Origin: Dehalococcoidia bacterium
GTDB lineage: Bacteria > Chloroflexota > Dehalococcoidia > GIF9 > AB-539-J10
Direction of reading: 5' to 3'
Length of the DNA stretch: 64,000 nt
NCBI GenBank assembly: GCA_030611085.1
Contig: JAUWQI010000001.1
Span: 32,390 to 96,389, forward strand
A program made the translations under genes and the position numbers. The notes below the pieces were generated by a model. The model saw only the letters and a list, made by a program, of their open reading frames with translations, was not told where the DNA came from and ran no database searches. This document shows, piece after piece, positions 36,122 through 46,380 of this stretch. Within the stretch, counting starts at the first letter, position 1, and every line of letters starts with the position of its first letter.

Positions 36122-37473
36122 TTGCTTTTTTGCAGTGCTGCTTCTACTTGCTGCGGGGAAGTGCCACCGATGACATCCCGAGCAGCTATGGATGATTCGA
36201 AGGATATACCATATACATCTTCACTGAAGAGAGGTGAGAAATTTTTGTACTCCCTCAGGCTAAGCTCGTGGAAGCTTTTGCCCTCCTTAATAGCATATTC
36301 ACTAAGTTTAGCTACAATGCCATGCGCCTCCCTGAATGGCAAGCCTTTCTTCACTAAATAGTCGGCTATATCGGTAGCCAAAATGTAATCCTTTTTAATA
36401 ACATCACGAATACGCTTAGCATTGACCTTGATTGTTTTTATCATCTCAGCAAATATTTCTAAACTGGAATGTAATGTATCCACGGTGTCGAAAAGCCCTT
36501 CTTTATCCTCCTGCATATCCCGATTATAAGTTAAGGGCAGGCTTTTCATGGTGGTTAGGATAGCCATGAGATTACCGTATACTCGTCCGGTTTTGCCTCG
36601 AGCTAGCTCTGCTACATCGGGATTTTTCTTCTGCGGCATGATGCTGCTGCCCGTAGTGTAGGCTTCACCAAGCTCTATAAAGCCAAACTCGATAGATGAC
36701 CACAGGATAATCTCTTCAGCTAATCGTGAAAGGTGCATCATAGTTAAGGCAGCGGCAGCTTCATATTCTATTATGAAATCCCTATCGGAAACAGCATCAA
36801 GACTATTTGCGCTTACTTTAGTGAAACCCAATTCTTGGGCAACGAATTCACGGTCTACAGGATAAGGAACGCCAGCTAAAGCACCGCTGCCTAGAGGCAA
36901 AACATCAGTGCAGTTGAGACAATTATAGAACCTCTTTTTATCTCGCTGGAGCATCTCAAAATAGGCGAGTAAGTGATGTGCCACAAGAACTGGCTGAGCC
37001 TGCTGCAAATGAGTATAGCCGGGCATGATGACTTCTTTATTGGTTTCAGCTAAGTTTACAAGCGAGCATTGCAAAGCTTCTAACGCATCGATGGTTTTCA
37101 AGATTTCCTCTTTAACAAAGAGGCGCAAATCCAAGGCTATTTGGTCATTCCTGGAACGAGCAGTATGCAGCTTGCCAGCCACATTGCCTATCTTTTCAAA
37201 CAACCTAGCTTCGATATTCATGTGTATATCTTCAAGCTCAGACTTAAACTGAAATTTCCCCTGCTCAATTTCCTCACAAATAGAATTAAGCCCAGCAATT
37301 ATAGCTTCAGCCTCGCTGTTCGTTATTATTCCTTGTTTTGCCAGCATTTTGGCATGAGCGATGCTTCCCTCGACGTCCTGGCGATATAATCGCTGATCAA
37401 AGGGGATAGAAGCAACATAATCTTGTGCCATTCTATTAGCCTCTTTCTGAAAGCGATTACGCAAGTAACTCAT
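36094..37473 (-). CDS. argH: Argininosuccinate lyase
   Basis: EDIHM, HTARSRNDQ, GYTHLQ, TGSSIMPQKKNPD. Confidence 0.97.
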   Translation of the reverse strand: MSYLRNRFQKEANRMAQDYVASIPFDQRLYRQDVEGSIAHAKMLAKQGIITNSEAEAIIAGLNSICEEIEQGKFQFKSELEDIHMNIEARLFEKIGNVAGKLHTARSRNDQIALDLRLFVKEEILKTIDALEALQCSLVNLAETNKEVIMPGYTHLQQAQPVLVAHHLLAYFEMLQRDKKRFYNCLNCTDVLPLGSGALAGVPYPVDREFVAQELGFTKVSANSLDAVSDRDFIIEYEAAAALTMMHLSRLAEEIILWSSIEFGFIELGEAYTTGSSIMPQKKNPDVAELARGKTGRVYGNLMAILTTMKSLPLTYNRDMQEDKEGLFDTVDTLHSSLEIFAEMIKTIKVNAKRIRDVIKKDYILATDIADYLVKKGLPFREAHGIVAKLSEYAIKEGKSFHELSLREYKNFSPLFSEDVYGISFESSIAARDVIGGTSPQQVEAALQKSKGDSLLRSE

Positions 37474-37489
37474 CTAAATCTGTCTCAAA

Positions 37490-37511
37490 GCCTGATAAAT
37501 CAGGCAACTAC
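37490..37511. repeat. Family-B REP half
   Basis: GCCTGATAAATCAGGCAACTAC, identical to copies at 62972 and 63072. Confidence 0.85.
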
Positions 37512-37617
37512 ACTAAATATTAAGGTGAAATCTTGATACTTTCCCCTCCTATTTGTCAACCAGTTTCCACCAAACAAGTTCAAGCAGGTTACTACAGCAG
37601 CTGCACGCACGAGGAAT

Positions 37618-38304
37618 TCATGAATATATGCTACTTAGCTCCTCCATAATTCTCCTCTCGTCTTCAAGTTTCTCTATTTGCTCCAGTGTCAGGCGAGCTT
37701 CATACGTAGAGAGCCTTTGATGCAATAGCATTTCCATCTTATCAGTGGCATTTGCTTCTTTATGACTAAACACTATAGTTTCGGGAGTTTCTTTGATTTC
37801 TTTGGCTGGACCGACTTTAGTGGCAATCCATGGATATGGCGATTGTCTAAAAAGCCCCGTGGTTAACAAGTCTCCGAATCCTATTATCAGATTGTCGATG
37901 GGCGCCATAAATGGAAAGAGGAACTGCGTAATTTCGCCTTTCTGGCTTGTCACAGCATGCAATAGGGTGCCTCCTCCAGCATACAAGAAGCATAATATGA
38001 ACAGAAGGCAGAGCAACGATAAGATGATGAGGAGCAGCCTCCCCAAAAAGCTAGCACCAACCGCACTAAAGGTGAAGCTCAAGATAAGACCAACTATAGA
38101 CCAGCCAAAGGCCAATGCTAAGTAACCCGTGCCTCTGTACTCAGTTAGCTCTAGTTGGCTTAGTTTGGTACCTCTTACTTGTGATTCAGCGGCGTTATGT
38201 TTGCCTGCAACAAACAATAAAGCAGCACCTATCAATGACAAGCCAGCGAGAATAGCAAAAAAAGAAGGGGAAAGTAAACTACCTAGTCTTACTAAGATTT
38301 CCAT
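37618..38304 (-). CDS. Hypothetical membrane protein
   Basis: 228-aa ORF with about three TM helices; no recognised motif. Confidence 0.6.
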   Translation of the reverse strand: MEILVRLGSLLSPSFFAILAGLSLIGAALLFVAGKHNAAESQVRGTKLSQLELTEYRGTGYLALAFGWSIVGLILSFTFSAVGASFLGRLLLIILSLLCLLFILCFLYAGGGTLLHAVTSQKGEITQFLFPFMAPIDNLIIGFGDLLTTGLFRQSPYPWIATKVGPAKEIKETPETIVFSHKEANATDKMEMLLHQRLSTYEARLTLEQIEKLEDERRIMEELSSIYS

Positions 38305-38479
38305 GACTATCTCTTTGAACTAATTCCGACGGACATTTAAAGATAGCATAACAAATTCCACCTTATAATGTCATTCTAAGACTCCGCACACTTATTTTCT
38401 GAACCGACACCAGTCTAACAGGCATAATTATTCTGGAGAGGAAGTTTGCGAGAACTTGTGCGGGGTACAGATGGTTCTT

Positions 38480-39628
38480 TTACCACTGAACGAACATAGG
38501 CATAACCACATGAACATAATTATCCACGCCTATGGGACGGATGACACCGGGACTTGATGGGGTGGTAACCTCCAAAGCAACTTGAGATTGGTGTAGGACA
38601 TTTAAGACATCAGAAAGATATTTTACATTGAAGGCGATTTTAGCTTCTTCTCCGTCAACGAGAGCGTCAATTTCGCTAACATTGCCTCCTACTTCCTCAG
38701 CCTGAGCAGTAACGGTTACTTTTCCTGGAGTCATTTCGGCACCCGGGGTGATGGCTAAGCGGATGATGCCGCTAGCATCGCGGGCAAATATGGAAGACAT
38801 TTTGGTCACTCGCATGAATTCGCTAACATCTACTACGGCTCTTGTAGTGTAGCTTTGAGGTATGACTTGAGAATAGTTGGGAAAGGAGCCTTGGATAAGC
38901 TGTGAGACTATCTCAGCATTTTTGAGGTGGAAGAGGACTTGACTTTTCTGCTGGTTTATGGTGATTTCCATTGGCCCTTCTTGCTCACTGAGAAGGCGAT
39001 TTAGTTCATTGAGGGTTCTTGCTGGGATAATCACCATGGTTTTCTCACTGATTGGTGAGGCAAGACTCATTTTGTGGACAGCTAGCCTGAAGCCATCGGC
39101 GGCTGCCAGGTTAAGCTGTTCACCTTCAAACTCGGTGTTAACACCAGTTAATACCGGGCGGGATTCTTCAGTGGCGGCAGCAAAGGCTACTTGTGCAATT
39201 CCTTCTCTAAGAGCATCTGCCTCAATGCTGGTGGTCATGCCATCGCTTATCTTAGGGATAGGTGGGAAATCGTCGGCATCAATGCCATTAATATGAGCTT
39301 GGAAGCGACCACTTTTGAGCTCCAGAGTGTGACTGTTGGGTGGCAGGGTGGCCTCAATTATTAAATCACTAGGTAAGGAGTTAACAAAGTCGGTAAGCAA
39401 GCGAGCTGGGATGGTTATAGCTCCATCCTGCTCTACCTTAGCGCCAACCCAGCATGTAATGGCCATTTCCAGATTGGTAGCTGCTAGTTTGAGGCGCGAT
39501 TGCTCAGTAGCTAGAAGGATATTTTGGGTGATAGGCAAGGTGGATCTGGTAGCTACAGCTCTACCAACTATGCCTAGCCCTCTGCTCAGATTTTCTTGAA
39601 GACACGATAACTTCATAATACCTCCCAC
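38480..39628 (-). CDS. dnaN: DNA polymerase III beta clamp
   Basis: ATNLE, SRPVLTG, AADGFRL, FPNY, VVMPM; start probably ATG 39616. Confidence 0.96.
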   Translation of the reverse strand: MGGIMKLSCLQENLSRGLGIVGRAVATRSTLPITQNILLATEQSRLKLAATNLEMAITCWVGAKVEQDGAITIPARLLTDFVNSLPSDLIIEATLPPNSHTLELKSGRFQAHINGIDADDFPPIPKISDGMTTSIEADALREGIAQVAFAAATEESRPVLTGVNTEFEGEQLNLAAADGFRLAVHKMSLASPISEKTMVIIPARTLNELNRLLSEQEGPMEITINQQKSQVLFHLKNAEIVSQLIQGSFPNYSQVIPQSYTTRAVVDVSEFMRVTKMSSIFARDASGIIRLAITPGAEMTPGKVTVTAQAEEVGGNVSEIDALVDGEEAKIAFNVKYLSDVLNVLHQSQVALEVTTPSSPGVIRPIGVDNYVHVVMPMFVQW

Positions 39629-39719
39629 AACTTATATGCGGTAGAATACTACCAGAGATTGTTTATTTTGTCATCCGCATCCTTCGATAAGCTCAGGATA
39701 AGCTCTTATTCCTCTTCCA

Positions 39720-40625
39720 TCAAGGGAGAGCAGTCTGTTCGCTCCCAAGCTCTAGACTGATATCTAAAGCCCTGGCTGAATGAGTAAGGGCACCAATGGA
39801 GATGAAGTTAACCCCAGTTTCAGCTACAAGCCGAACCTTATCTAAAGTAATACCACCGGAGGCTTCGATTAAAGCACGACCGTGAATCATCTTAACCGCC
39901 TGGCACATATCGTCAAGACTCATATTGTCCAGCATAATGATATCTGCCTTAGCCTCACTAGCCTCCAGGGCTTCTTGGGGAGTCTTGACCTCCACCTCGA
40001 TCTTTAACCGCCGTGAAGTGTTTTGCCGAGCTCTTGCTACAATATCCTTGATGTTTAATCCCCGGCTATGAAGCAATGCTAAATGATTATCCTTGATGAG
40101 AATACCATCGCCCAAATTCATACGGTGGTTTTCGCCGCCGCCGACTCTGACAGCATATTTCTCCAATAGTCTTAACCCCGGGGTGGTCTTTCTGGTATCC
40201 ATAATGCGCACCCGCAACCCTTTAGTAGCCTCCACATAGCGATTTGCCTCTGAGGCAATGCCGCTCAAGTGCTGAAGGAAATTCAGAGCCACCCTCTCTG
40301 CTCTGAGAATGCTGGTTGCATTGCCTTCTATTTTAGCTGCTATGTCTCCGGGCTTAACTTTAGAACCGTCTTCAAGAAGAATATCCACTTTTAACTCCGA
40401 ATCAACTCGATGAAAAACTCGCTTAGCTACTTCAATGCCAGCCAGAATGCCCTTTTCTTTTATGATAACAAAGCCTGTTCCCTGTTGGGCACTCGATATC
40501 AAAGCGTCGGTAGTAACATCACCGGAGCTTAGGTCTTCAGCTAAAGCGAGGGCAACAATCTTTTCAATTTGCACAAGGCTAAAGCCACACATTACATTCT
40601 TAGCTTTTAACATTTTCACCTTCAC
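39720..40625 (-). CDS. nadC: Quinolinate phosphoribosyltransferase
   Basis: DTRKTTPGLR, HRMNL, IKDNH, MLDN, EASGGI. Confidence 0.96.
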   Translation of the reverse strand: MKVKMLKAKNVMCGFSLVQIEKIVALALAEDLSSGDVTTDALISSAQQGTGFVIIKEKGILAGIEVAKRVFHRVDSELKVDILLEDGSKVKPGDIAAKIEGNATSILRAERVALNFLQHLSGIASEANRYVEATKGLRVRIMDTRKTTPGLRLLEKYAVRVGGGENHRMNLGDGILIKDNHLALLHSRGLNIKDIVARARQNTSRRLKIEVEVKTPQEALEASEAKADIIMLDNMSLDDMCQAVKMIHGRALIEASGGITLDKVRLVAETGVNFISIGALTHSARALDISLELGSEQTALP

Positions 40626-40626
40626 C

Positions 40627-42202
40627 TTAATTCTCTCCCGTCAAGGGAGAAGAGAGGAAAGTTATATGCCTTTGCCAGGCAGACGAGGTCTGAGGGAAAT
40701 CACTACGGAAGTGAGCACCGCGGCTCTCCTCTCGAAGCAAAGCAGCCTCGGTTACCAGCCTGGCACATAACACCAAATTATTTAGTTCGTAGGATTGGCG
40801 GTCAATAGGTTGAGACAAAGAGCGTTGCCAGGTAGCCAAAATGCCTGCAGCATTAGCTAGGCTTTCACCAGAACGAATAATGCCCACTTTGTCCCACATA
40901 AGAGACTGCAGACTAGGCAAATTAAGCGGTGGCACATTCTTTAGTCCTGAGTCTCTAGTCTTGAGTCTTGAGTCTTGAGTCTTGACTTCTTGACTCTTGA
41001 CTCTCGACTCCTGACTCCTTATGACAAGGAGCGGTAGTCCTTTCCGCCACTCGCTTACCAAAAACAACTGATTCAAGCAGTGAATTTGATGCCAGCCTGT
41101 TAGCTCCGTGCACGCCGGTGCAGGCAGTCTCGCCAGCAGCAAATAGACCGGAGATGTTTGTTTCACCCCAAGTATTCACTTTTACTCCTCCCATAAGATA
41201 ATGAGCTGCCGGGGCTACCGGGATGAGCCCTCTGGTAATATCCAAACCATGAGCCAAACAAAAGCGGTAAATATGGGGGAAACGAGTGGTGATTAGCCGA
41301 GGTGGTAAATGGGTGACATCCAGAAATACTCTATCACTTCCTGTCTTTCTCATTTCGTAGACAGTGCTGCGGGCTACTATATCCCTTGCCGCTAGCTCGG
41401 CTTCAGCAACGTAGTTTGGCATAAAGCGGTAGCCTTCCACATTTCTAAGTATGCCACCCTCTCCCCTTACCGCCTCGGAGATGAGGAAGGGAGCCACTCC
41501 GGGCAGGCGAAGAACAGTGGGGTGGAATTGGAAAAATTCCATATCGCTGATTCCAGCCCCAGCCTTAAAAGCTAGAGCTACGCCATCGCCAGTAACCACA
41601 TCAGAATTGGTACTATATTTAAACAGGCGCCCAACCCCCCCAGTAGCTAAAATGAGAAATTGGCAGCTATATTCCTCCACTAAGCCAGTTCGGCAATCAA
41701 GTGACTTCACGCCTTTTACCTTGTTGCCCTCTACCAAAATCTCGCTAGCCAAACAATCCTCTAAAATCTTGATTGAGCTTGACCTCACTTGCTGGCTTAG
41801 GGAAAGCTCAATATGCTCGCCTGTGGCATCTCCACCAGCATGGATGATGCGCGGGGTACTATGAGCTGCTTCTCTAGTCAAAGTAATTTCACCATTTAAG
41901 GTATCGAAAGGGACTCCAAATCTGATTAAGTCAGCAATGCACTCAGCGCCCTCTTCAGTCAAAATACGCACCGCTTCAGCATCGCATAAGCCATCACCGG
42001 CAGCCATAGTATCTTTGAAGTGAAGCTCAGGAGAGTCATCCTTGCTCATAGCAACAGCAATACCACCTTGAGCATACTTAGTATTGCAGTCATCAATGTT
42101 GCCTTTAGTCAAGATAAGAACGCTGCCTTGCTTTATAGCAAGCAAGGCGATGTAAAGGCCAGCAATGCCGCTGCCCACTATAATGTAGTCGTAGTGATTC
42201 AT
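40627..42202 (-). pseudogene. nadB: L-aspartate oxidase split by a frameshifting heptamer-repeat insertion (possibly phase-variable)
   Basis: N-part 40955-42202 (GSGIAG, QFHPT, HYLMGG, HGANRLASNSL); C-part in the +1 frame (MWDKVGIIR, REESRGAHFRSDFP). Confidence 0.9.
40941..41018. repeat. Inverted heptamer arrays including perfect (TTGAGTC)3 at 40961-40981
   Basis: (GAGTCTT)n facing (GACTCTT)n, read directly from the sequence. Confidence 0.9.
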
Positions 42203-42220
42203 CTTTTTCTCACCCTCACC

Positions 42221-42360
42221 CTAAACTTAAATCCTAAATTCTAATTTCTAAACTCTAAACAAATTCAAAATTCCAAATCCAAAGGCTCAAAATAGTTTAG
42301 AATTTTGAATTTTGGTCATTTGCATTTGTTTCGGATTTAGTGCTTAGTATTTCGTATTTC
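42221..42360. repeat. Family-C heptamer hairpin element without gene
   Basis: TAAATCC TAAATTC TAATTTC TAAACTC arm and GGATTTA GTGCTTA GTATTTC arm, similar to 29482-29756. Confidence 0.8.
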
Positions 42361-42366
42361 CTCCCA

Positions 42367-43293
42367 TCAGGTTATGTCCAGCATCTTATCAATAGCTTGC
42401 TTAGCTCTTATTCCTATTTCCTCGGGGACAGTGACCACATTGCTCCTTGTTTGCATAGTCTCTATAACTGTTTCCAGCGTTGTTTTTTTCATATCGGGGC
42501 AGATAAAGCCATCTGAGATGAGGTGGAACTCCTTGTCTGAATTTTGCTCCCTCAAGGAATGTAGTATTCCTTCCTCGGTGCCAATGAGAAAAACTTTATG
42601 GTTGCTTTGCTTAGCATAGCGAAGCATCTGTGAAGTGCTGAGAGCGGCATCAGCTAAGTCTATAACCTCGGGGCGACATTCAGGATGAACTAAGACCTTA
42701 GCTTGGGGATACCTTTGCTTAGCCAATTTGACTTCCTCCGCAGTAAGTTTGGCATGGGTATTGCAGAAGCCAGGATAAAGAATCATTTTCTTACTGGTCT
42801 TGGTGGAAACATAGTGCCCTAGATTTTGGTCGGGAACAAAAAGAATTTCCTCACTAGGCACTGCATCCACTACTTCAACTCCGTTAGCTGAAGTACAGCA
42901 AAAATCGCTTTCTGCCTTAACCGCTGCTGTAGTATTGACATAAGCCACCACGGCAGCTTCAGGATATTTCTCTTTCCATTGCCTTAACCTCTCAACATCA
43001 ATCATATCGGCCAAAGGACAGCCAGCATCAGCGTGAGACAAAAGCACGGTGGAGGATGGGTTAAGGATAGCTGCCGTCTCAGCCATAAAACGAACTCCAC
43101 AGAAGACAATTGTCTCCGCTTTATTTCCAGCACACTTCCGCGCTAGCTCCAGAGAATCACCGGTGAGGTCGGCTATATTTTGAACCTCAGGCCGCTGATA
43201 ATTATGAGCTACAATAATAGCATTAAGCTCCTTTTTTAGCTCCAAAACCTTCTGCTGGAGCTCTTCCAGTCCAAACATTGCTTCAGTAGCCAC
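42367..43293 (-). CDS. nadA: Quinolinate synthase
   Basis: AHNYQ, GDSL, FCGVRFMAE, GCPLA, YVNT, HPEC, CPDMK. Confidence 0.96.
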   Translation of the reverse strand: MATEAMFGLEELQQKVLELKKELNAIIVAHNYQRPEVQNIADLTGDSLELARKCAGNKAETIVFCGVRFMAETAAILNPSSTVLLSHADAGCPLADMIDVERLRQWKEKYPEAAVVAYVNTTAAVKAESDFCCTSANGVEVVDAVPSEEILFVPDQNLGHYVSTKTSKKMILYPGFCNTHAKLTAEEVKLAKQRYPQAKVLVHPECRPEVIDLADAALSTSQMLRYAKQSNHKVFLIGTEEGILHSLREQNSDKEFHLISDGFICPDMKKTTLETVIETMQTRSNVVTVPEEIGIRAKQAIDKMLDIT

Positions 43294-43295
43294 TT

Positions 43296-44588
43296 TTAGT
43301 TTTCATCTCCTTTGCTTACATCATGATATCTTTCGAGTTTCCAAATCCAGCAAGCTACGAATCTTCTTAGAGCTCTTGCTGCCCTATCGGGTGAAGGGAA
43401 AACGTGTATACCCTGGTTAATAATATATTTTCTTATCTCGGCAATGGCACTCCGCTCATTACTAATCATCCTCACCAAATTCACGGGTAAGATGGGTGCT
43501 TTTGGGAGGATAGATGCGTCTACAGGGTTTCTAACCCAATCCCAAGCTTCTGGAATTTCCTCCTTAAGTTTCTCTCTTACTACAGGAGATAGGTCTGGCA
43601 GTTGGAGGCCTTCTTCCTCCCACACATCAGCTGCAATCACGCTTTTCCCTCCTCCACCTCCAGCAATAATCGCCTTTTTCCCTGTGATAGGCGGCAAGAA
43701 AGAGAAAACTACAACTTGGTCTACTAACTCCTGAAAGTTATGGACTGTAGTAGCACCGTACTGTTTTGATATCGCTGTCCAAATCTTCATAGAGCCTGTC
43801 AGTGATGCCGTGTGAGAGAACGCTAACTTCGACCCAACTCTTTCCCTTCCTCCCTTGAGTATTATAACTGGTTTCCTCATTGTGGCATATGATAAAGCCT
43901 GAATAAACTCCCGCCCATCTTTAGCCCCTTCGATGTAGGCAGCAATCAATTTTGTTTCAGGGTCCTGAGCAAAGTAATATAATAGCTCAGTTTCATTCAT
44001 ATCCAAAGCATTGCTATAGCTTATCACCTTGCTGAAGTGGACTCCTCGTAAAGCAGCATACCGAACAAATTCTCCCGCTCCTCCACCGCTCTGAAAAAAT
44101 CCTCTGACGAATCCACCTTCCTTTGGCAAATCAAGGTTAAAGGAGAGTCCAATTTGGGGATAGTAAATACCCATACAATTTGGCCCCAGAATTCTCATAC
44201 TGTAACTTTTAGCTTTTTCTAAGATTTCGCGTTCGAGCTTTGTTTTTTTGTCTCTTCCTGTCGCTCTCATCCTCCCTGTGAAAAGATAGATAAGCTTAAC
44301 ATTTTTAGTTTTGCAATCTTTGAGGAGAGCTAAAACTCCTTCAGCGGGTATGCAGCAAATAACATAATCTACCTTTGGCTCAGGAATGTCTCTAAGGCTT
44401 GGGTAGGCCCTAAGGTCGAGAGCCTCATTCGCCCTTGGGTTTATGGGATATATCCTGCTCGTAAAGTTATAGTCTATAAGGTAGCGGGTAAAGTCGTATC
44501 CGCCCGAGGTGGGGGTCGAAGATGCTCCCTCAATAGCAACAGAATTTGGGTGGAAAAGTACATCAAGATTGGTGAAATCCTCAAACAC
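43296..44588 (-). CDS. NDP-forming acyl-CoA synthetase alpha-subunit-like protein, possibly degenerate
   Basis: CoA-binding N-terminus, ILGPNCMG, QSGG, SHTASL, NPVD; C-terminal region appears shortened. Confidence 0.8.
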   Translation of the reverse strand: MFEDFTNLDVLFHPNSVAIEGASSTPTSGGYDFTRYLIDYNFTSRIYPINPRANEALDLRAYPSLRDIPEPKVDYVICCIPAEGVLALLKDCKTKNVKLIYLFTGRMRATGRDKKTKLEREILEKAKSYSMRILGPNCMGIYYPQIGLSFNLDLPKEGGFVRGFFQSGGGAGEFVRYAALRGVHFSKVISYSNALDMNETELLYYFAQDPETKLIAAYIEGAKDGREFIQALSYATMRKPVIILKGGRERVGSKLAFSHTASLTGSMKIWTAISKQYGATTVHNFQELVDQVVVFSFLPPITGKKAIIAGGGGGKSVIAADVWEEEGLQLPDLSPVVREKLKEEIPEAWDWVRNPVDASILPKAPILPVNLVRMISNERSAIAEIRKYIINQGIHVFPSPDRAARALRRFVACWIWKLERYHDVSKGDEN

Positions 44589-44653
44589 GGCTCTTAATCC
44601 AGTTCTTTAGTTTGTTTGGGATTGCTTATCTATCTAGATTTCAAACTAACATA

Positions 44654-44947
44654 TTACTTCTCTGTTAATTGTTTATCGCCTTGCTTGCCGAGTATGCTAC
44701 TTCTGGCTATCCTCATTGTTGCCCCAGATTCTATTTTCAAAATCACAGAATCCGCACTAACACTTTCAATTTGTCCGTAGATTCCACTGCTGGTAATTAC
44801 TTTGTCTCCCTTTCTTAATTCCTTCATCATCTCTTGTTGTGTCTTCTGTTGCTTTTGCCGCGGTCTGATCATGAGAAAGTAAATCATTGCAAAAAACAAT
44901 ACCAGAATGAGAATTGGGTAAATTGAGCTTAAGCCTTCACCGTCCAT
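44654..44947 (-). CDS. yajC: Preprotein translocase subunit YajC
   Basis: YFLMIRP, LRKGDKVITSSGIYG. Confidence 0.93.
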   Translation of the reverse strand: MDGEGLSSIYPILILVLFFAMIYFLMIRPRQKQQKTQQEMMKELRKGDKVITSSGIYGQIESVSADSVILKIESGATMRIARSSILGKQGDKQLTEK

Positions 44948-44961
44948 GTTCCCTCCTTATT

Positions 44962-46311
44962 TCAAAGTATAATTTTGCCTTGCAGCGCCCAAGGGCTGCT
45001 TTTGTCAACTTTAACTTTCAACAATTGACCAAGATAGCCAGCATCGTCTTCAAAGAAGACCAGCTTATTACTCCTAGTGCGTCCATACCACTTATCTTTC
45101 TTCTCACCTTCCACCAGTACCTGCACTATCTTTCCCTGAAGCTGTGAGTTTATTTCAGAAGCTATGCTTGCTTGGAGGTCTTCAATTTTATTGAGCCTTT
45201 TCCTCTTAATCTCTGGAGGAACATTATCTTTGTATTTCTGCGAGGCGATAGTGCCAGGACGAGGCGAGTAAGCTGCCACATGAACAACATCAAACCTTAA
45301 TTCTTGGAGTAACGAAAAGGTATGTTCAAATTGCTCCTCCGTTTCTCCAGGGAAGCCAACGATAACATCGGTGCTTAAAGATACTTCAGGGATATGGCAC
45401 CGAACAGTATGGATAAGTTCACGATATTGTTCCACGGTGTATCCCCGTCTCATGGCTCTCAGTATATCATCATCGCCTGCCTGAATGGCTAACTCCAGGT
45501 GTTCACAAACCTTATTCAGGGAAGCTACAGCCCCAATGAGCTTCGGGCTCATGTCTTTAGGATGGTTTGTCAGGAAGCGAATTCTGACCAAGTTATCGAT
45601 GCCATTTAGTCTAGCTAGTAAGTCAGCCAAGTTGGGTTTCCCAGGCAAATCATGTCCGTAAGAGTCAACATTTTGTCCCAGCAAAGTTATCTCTTTTACA
45701 CCACGCTTCACCATTTCTTCAACCTCGCAGACTATTTCCTCTACAGGGTGACTTACCTCCTTACCCCGCCGATAAGGAACAATACAGTAAGAGCAGAAAT
45801 TATCACAGCCTTGAATAATGGGAACAAAGGCACATGGTAAGGAAGTCCCCAAAGTGTCATTGTGAGCCCTGCGCTCCTTGTTATTCTGAGGGAGCGAAGC
45901 GACTGAAGAAGCTCGCTCAGGGCAGGCTCCGCAAAGCAATCCTTGCTCAGCAACAAAAATACCTTGCCCTTTAGCCCAATCAATTAACTCGGAATAAGCC
46001 CCGGGCTTAAAGAAAAAATCAACCTGGGGAAATTGACTCTTTAACCCCTCAATATCGGAATCGACAAAGCAGCCAGTAACCAATATAGAGAGATTTGGGC
46101 GTTTCCTTTTCAAGCCCTGTAGTCCATTTAGGGTGCCTAGAACTTTATCTTCGGCGCTTTGCCTCACTACGCAGGTGTTGAGCACTATTAGATTGGCTTC
46201 TTGAAAAGAAGCTGTAGCCTGATAGCCAGCAGAATCCAGATAACCAGCTATATGCTGTGATTCCGCCTTATTCATCTGGCAGCCTATAGTCCAAATAGAA
46301 TAACGTGACAT
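44962..46311 (-). CDS. miaB: tRNA-2-methylthio-N6-dimethylallyladenosine synthase
   Basis: GCQMN, NTCVVR, GCDNFCSYC, IVGFPGET, TRAM domain; in-frame repeat insertion. Confidence 0.95.
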   Translation of the reverse strand: MSRYSIWTIGCQMNKAESQHIAGYLDSAGYQATASFQEANLIVLNTCVVRQSAEDKVLGTLNGLQGLKRKRPNLSILVTGCFVDSDIEGLKSQFPQVDFFFKPGAYSELIDWAKGQGIFVAEQGLLCGACPERASSVASLPQNNKERRAHNDTLGTSLPCAFVPIIQGCDNFCSYCIVPYRRGKEVSHPVEEIVCEVEEMVKRGVKEITLLGQNVDSYGHDLPGKPNLADLLARLNGIDNLVRIRFLTNHPKDMSPKLIGAVASLNKVCEHLELAIQAGDDDILRAMRRGYTVEQYRELIHTVRCHIPEVSLSTDVIVGFPGETEEQFEHTFSLLQELRFDVVHVAAYSPRPGTIASQKYKDNVPPEIKRKRLNKIEDLQASIASEINSQLQGKIVQVLVEGEKKDKWYGRTRSNKLVFFEDDAGYLGQLLKVKVDKSSPWALQGKIIL

Positions 46312-46380
46312 AGGGTAACCTCACCTCTTTTAGTTTCTATTAATTATAGTTAAAATATATAATTTAGGGAAGCGAAGAGC

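Noticed and set aside
38305-39720. Replication origin near dnaN
   Set aside because: No dnaA and no cluster of DnaA boxes seen
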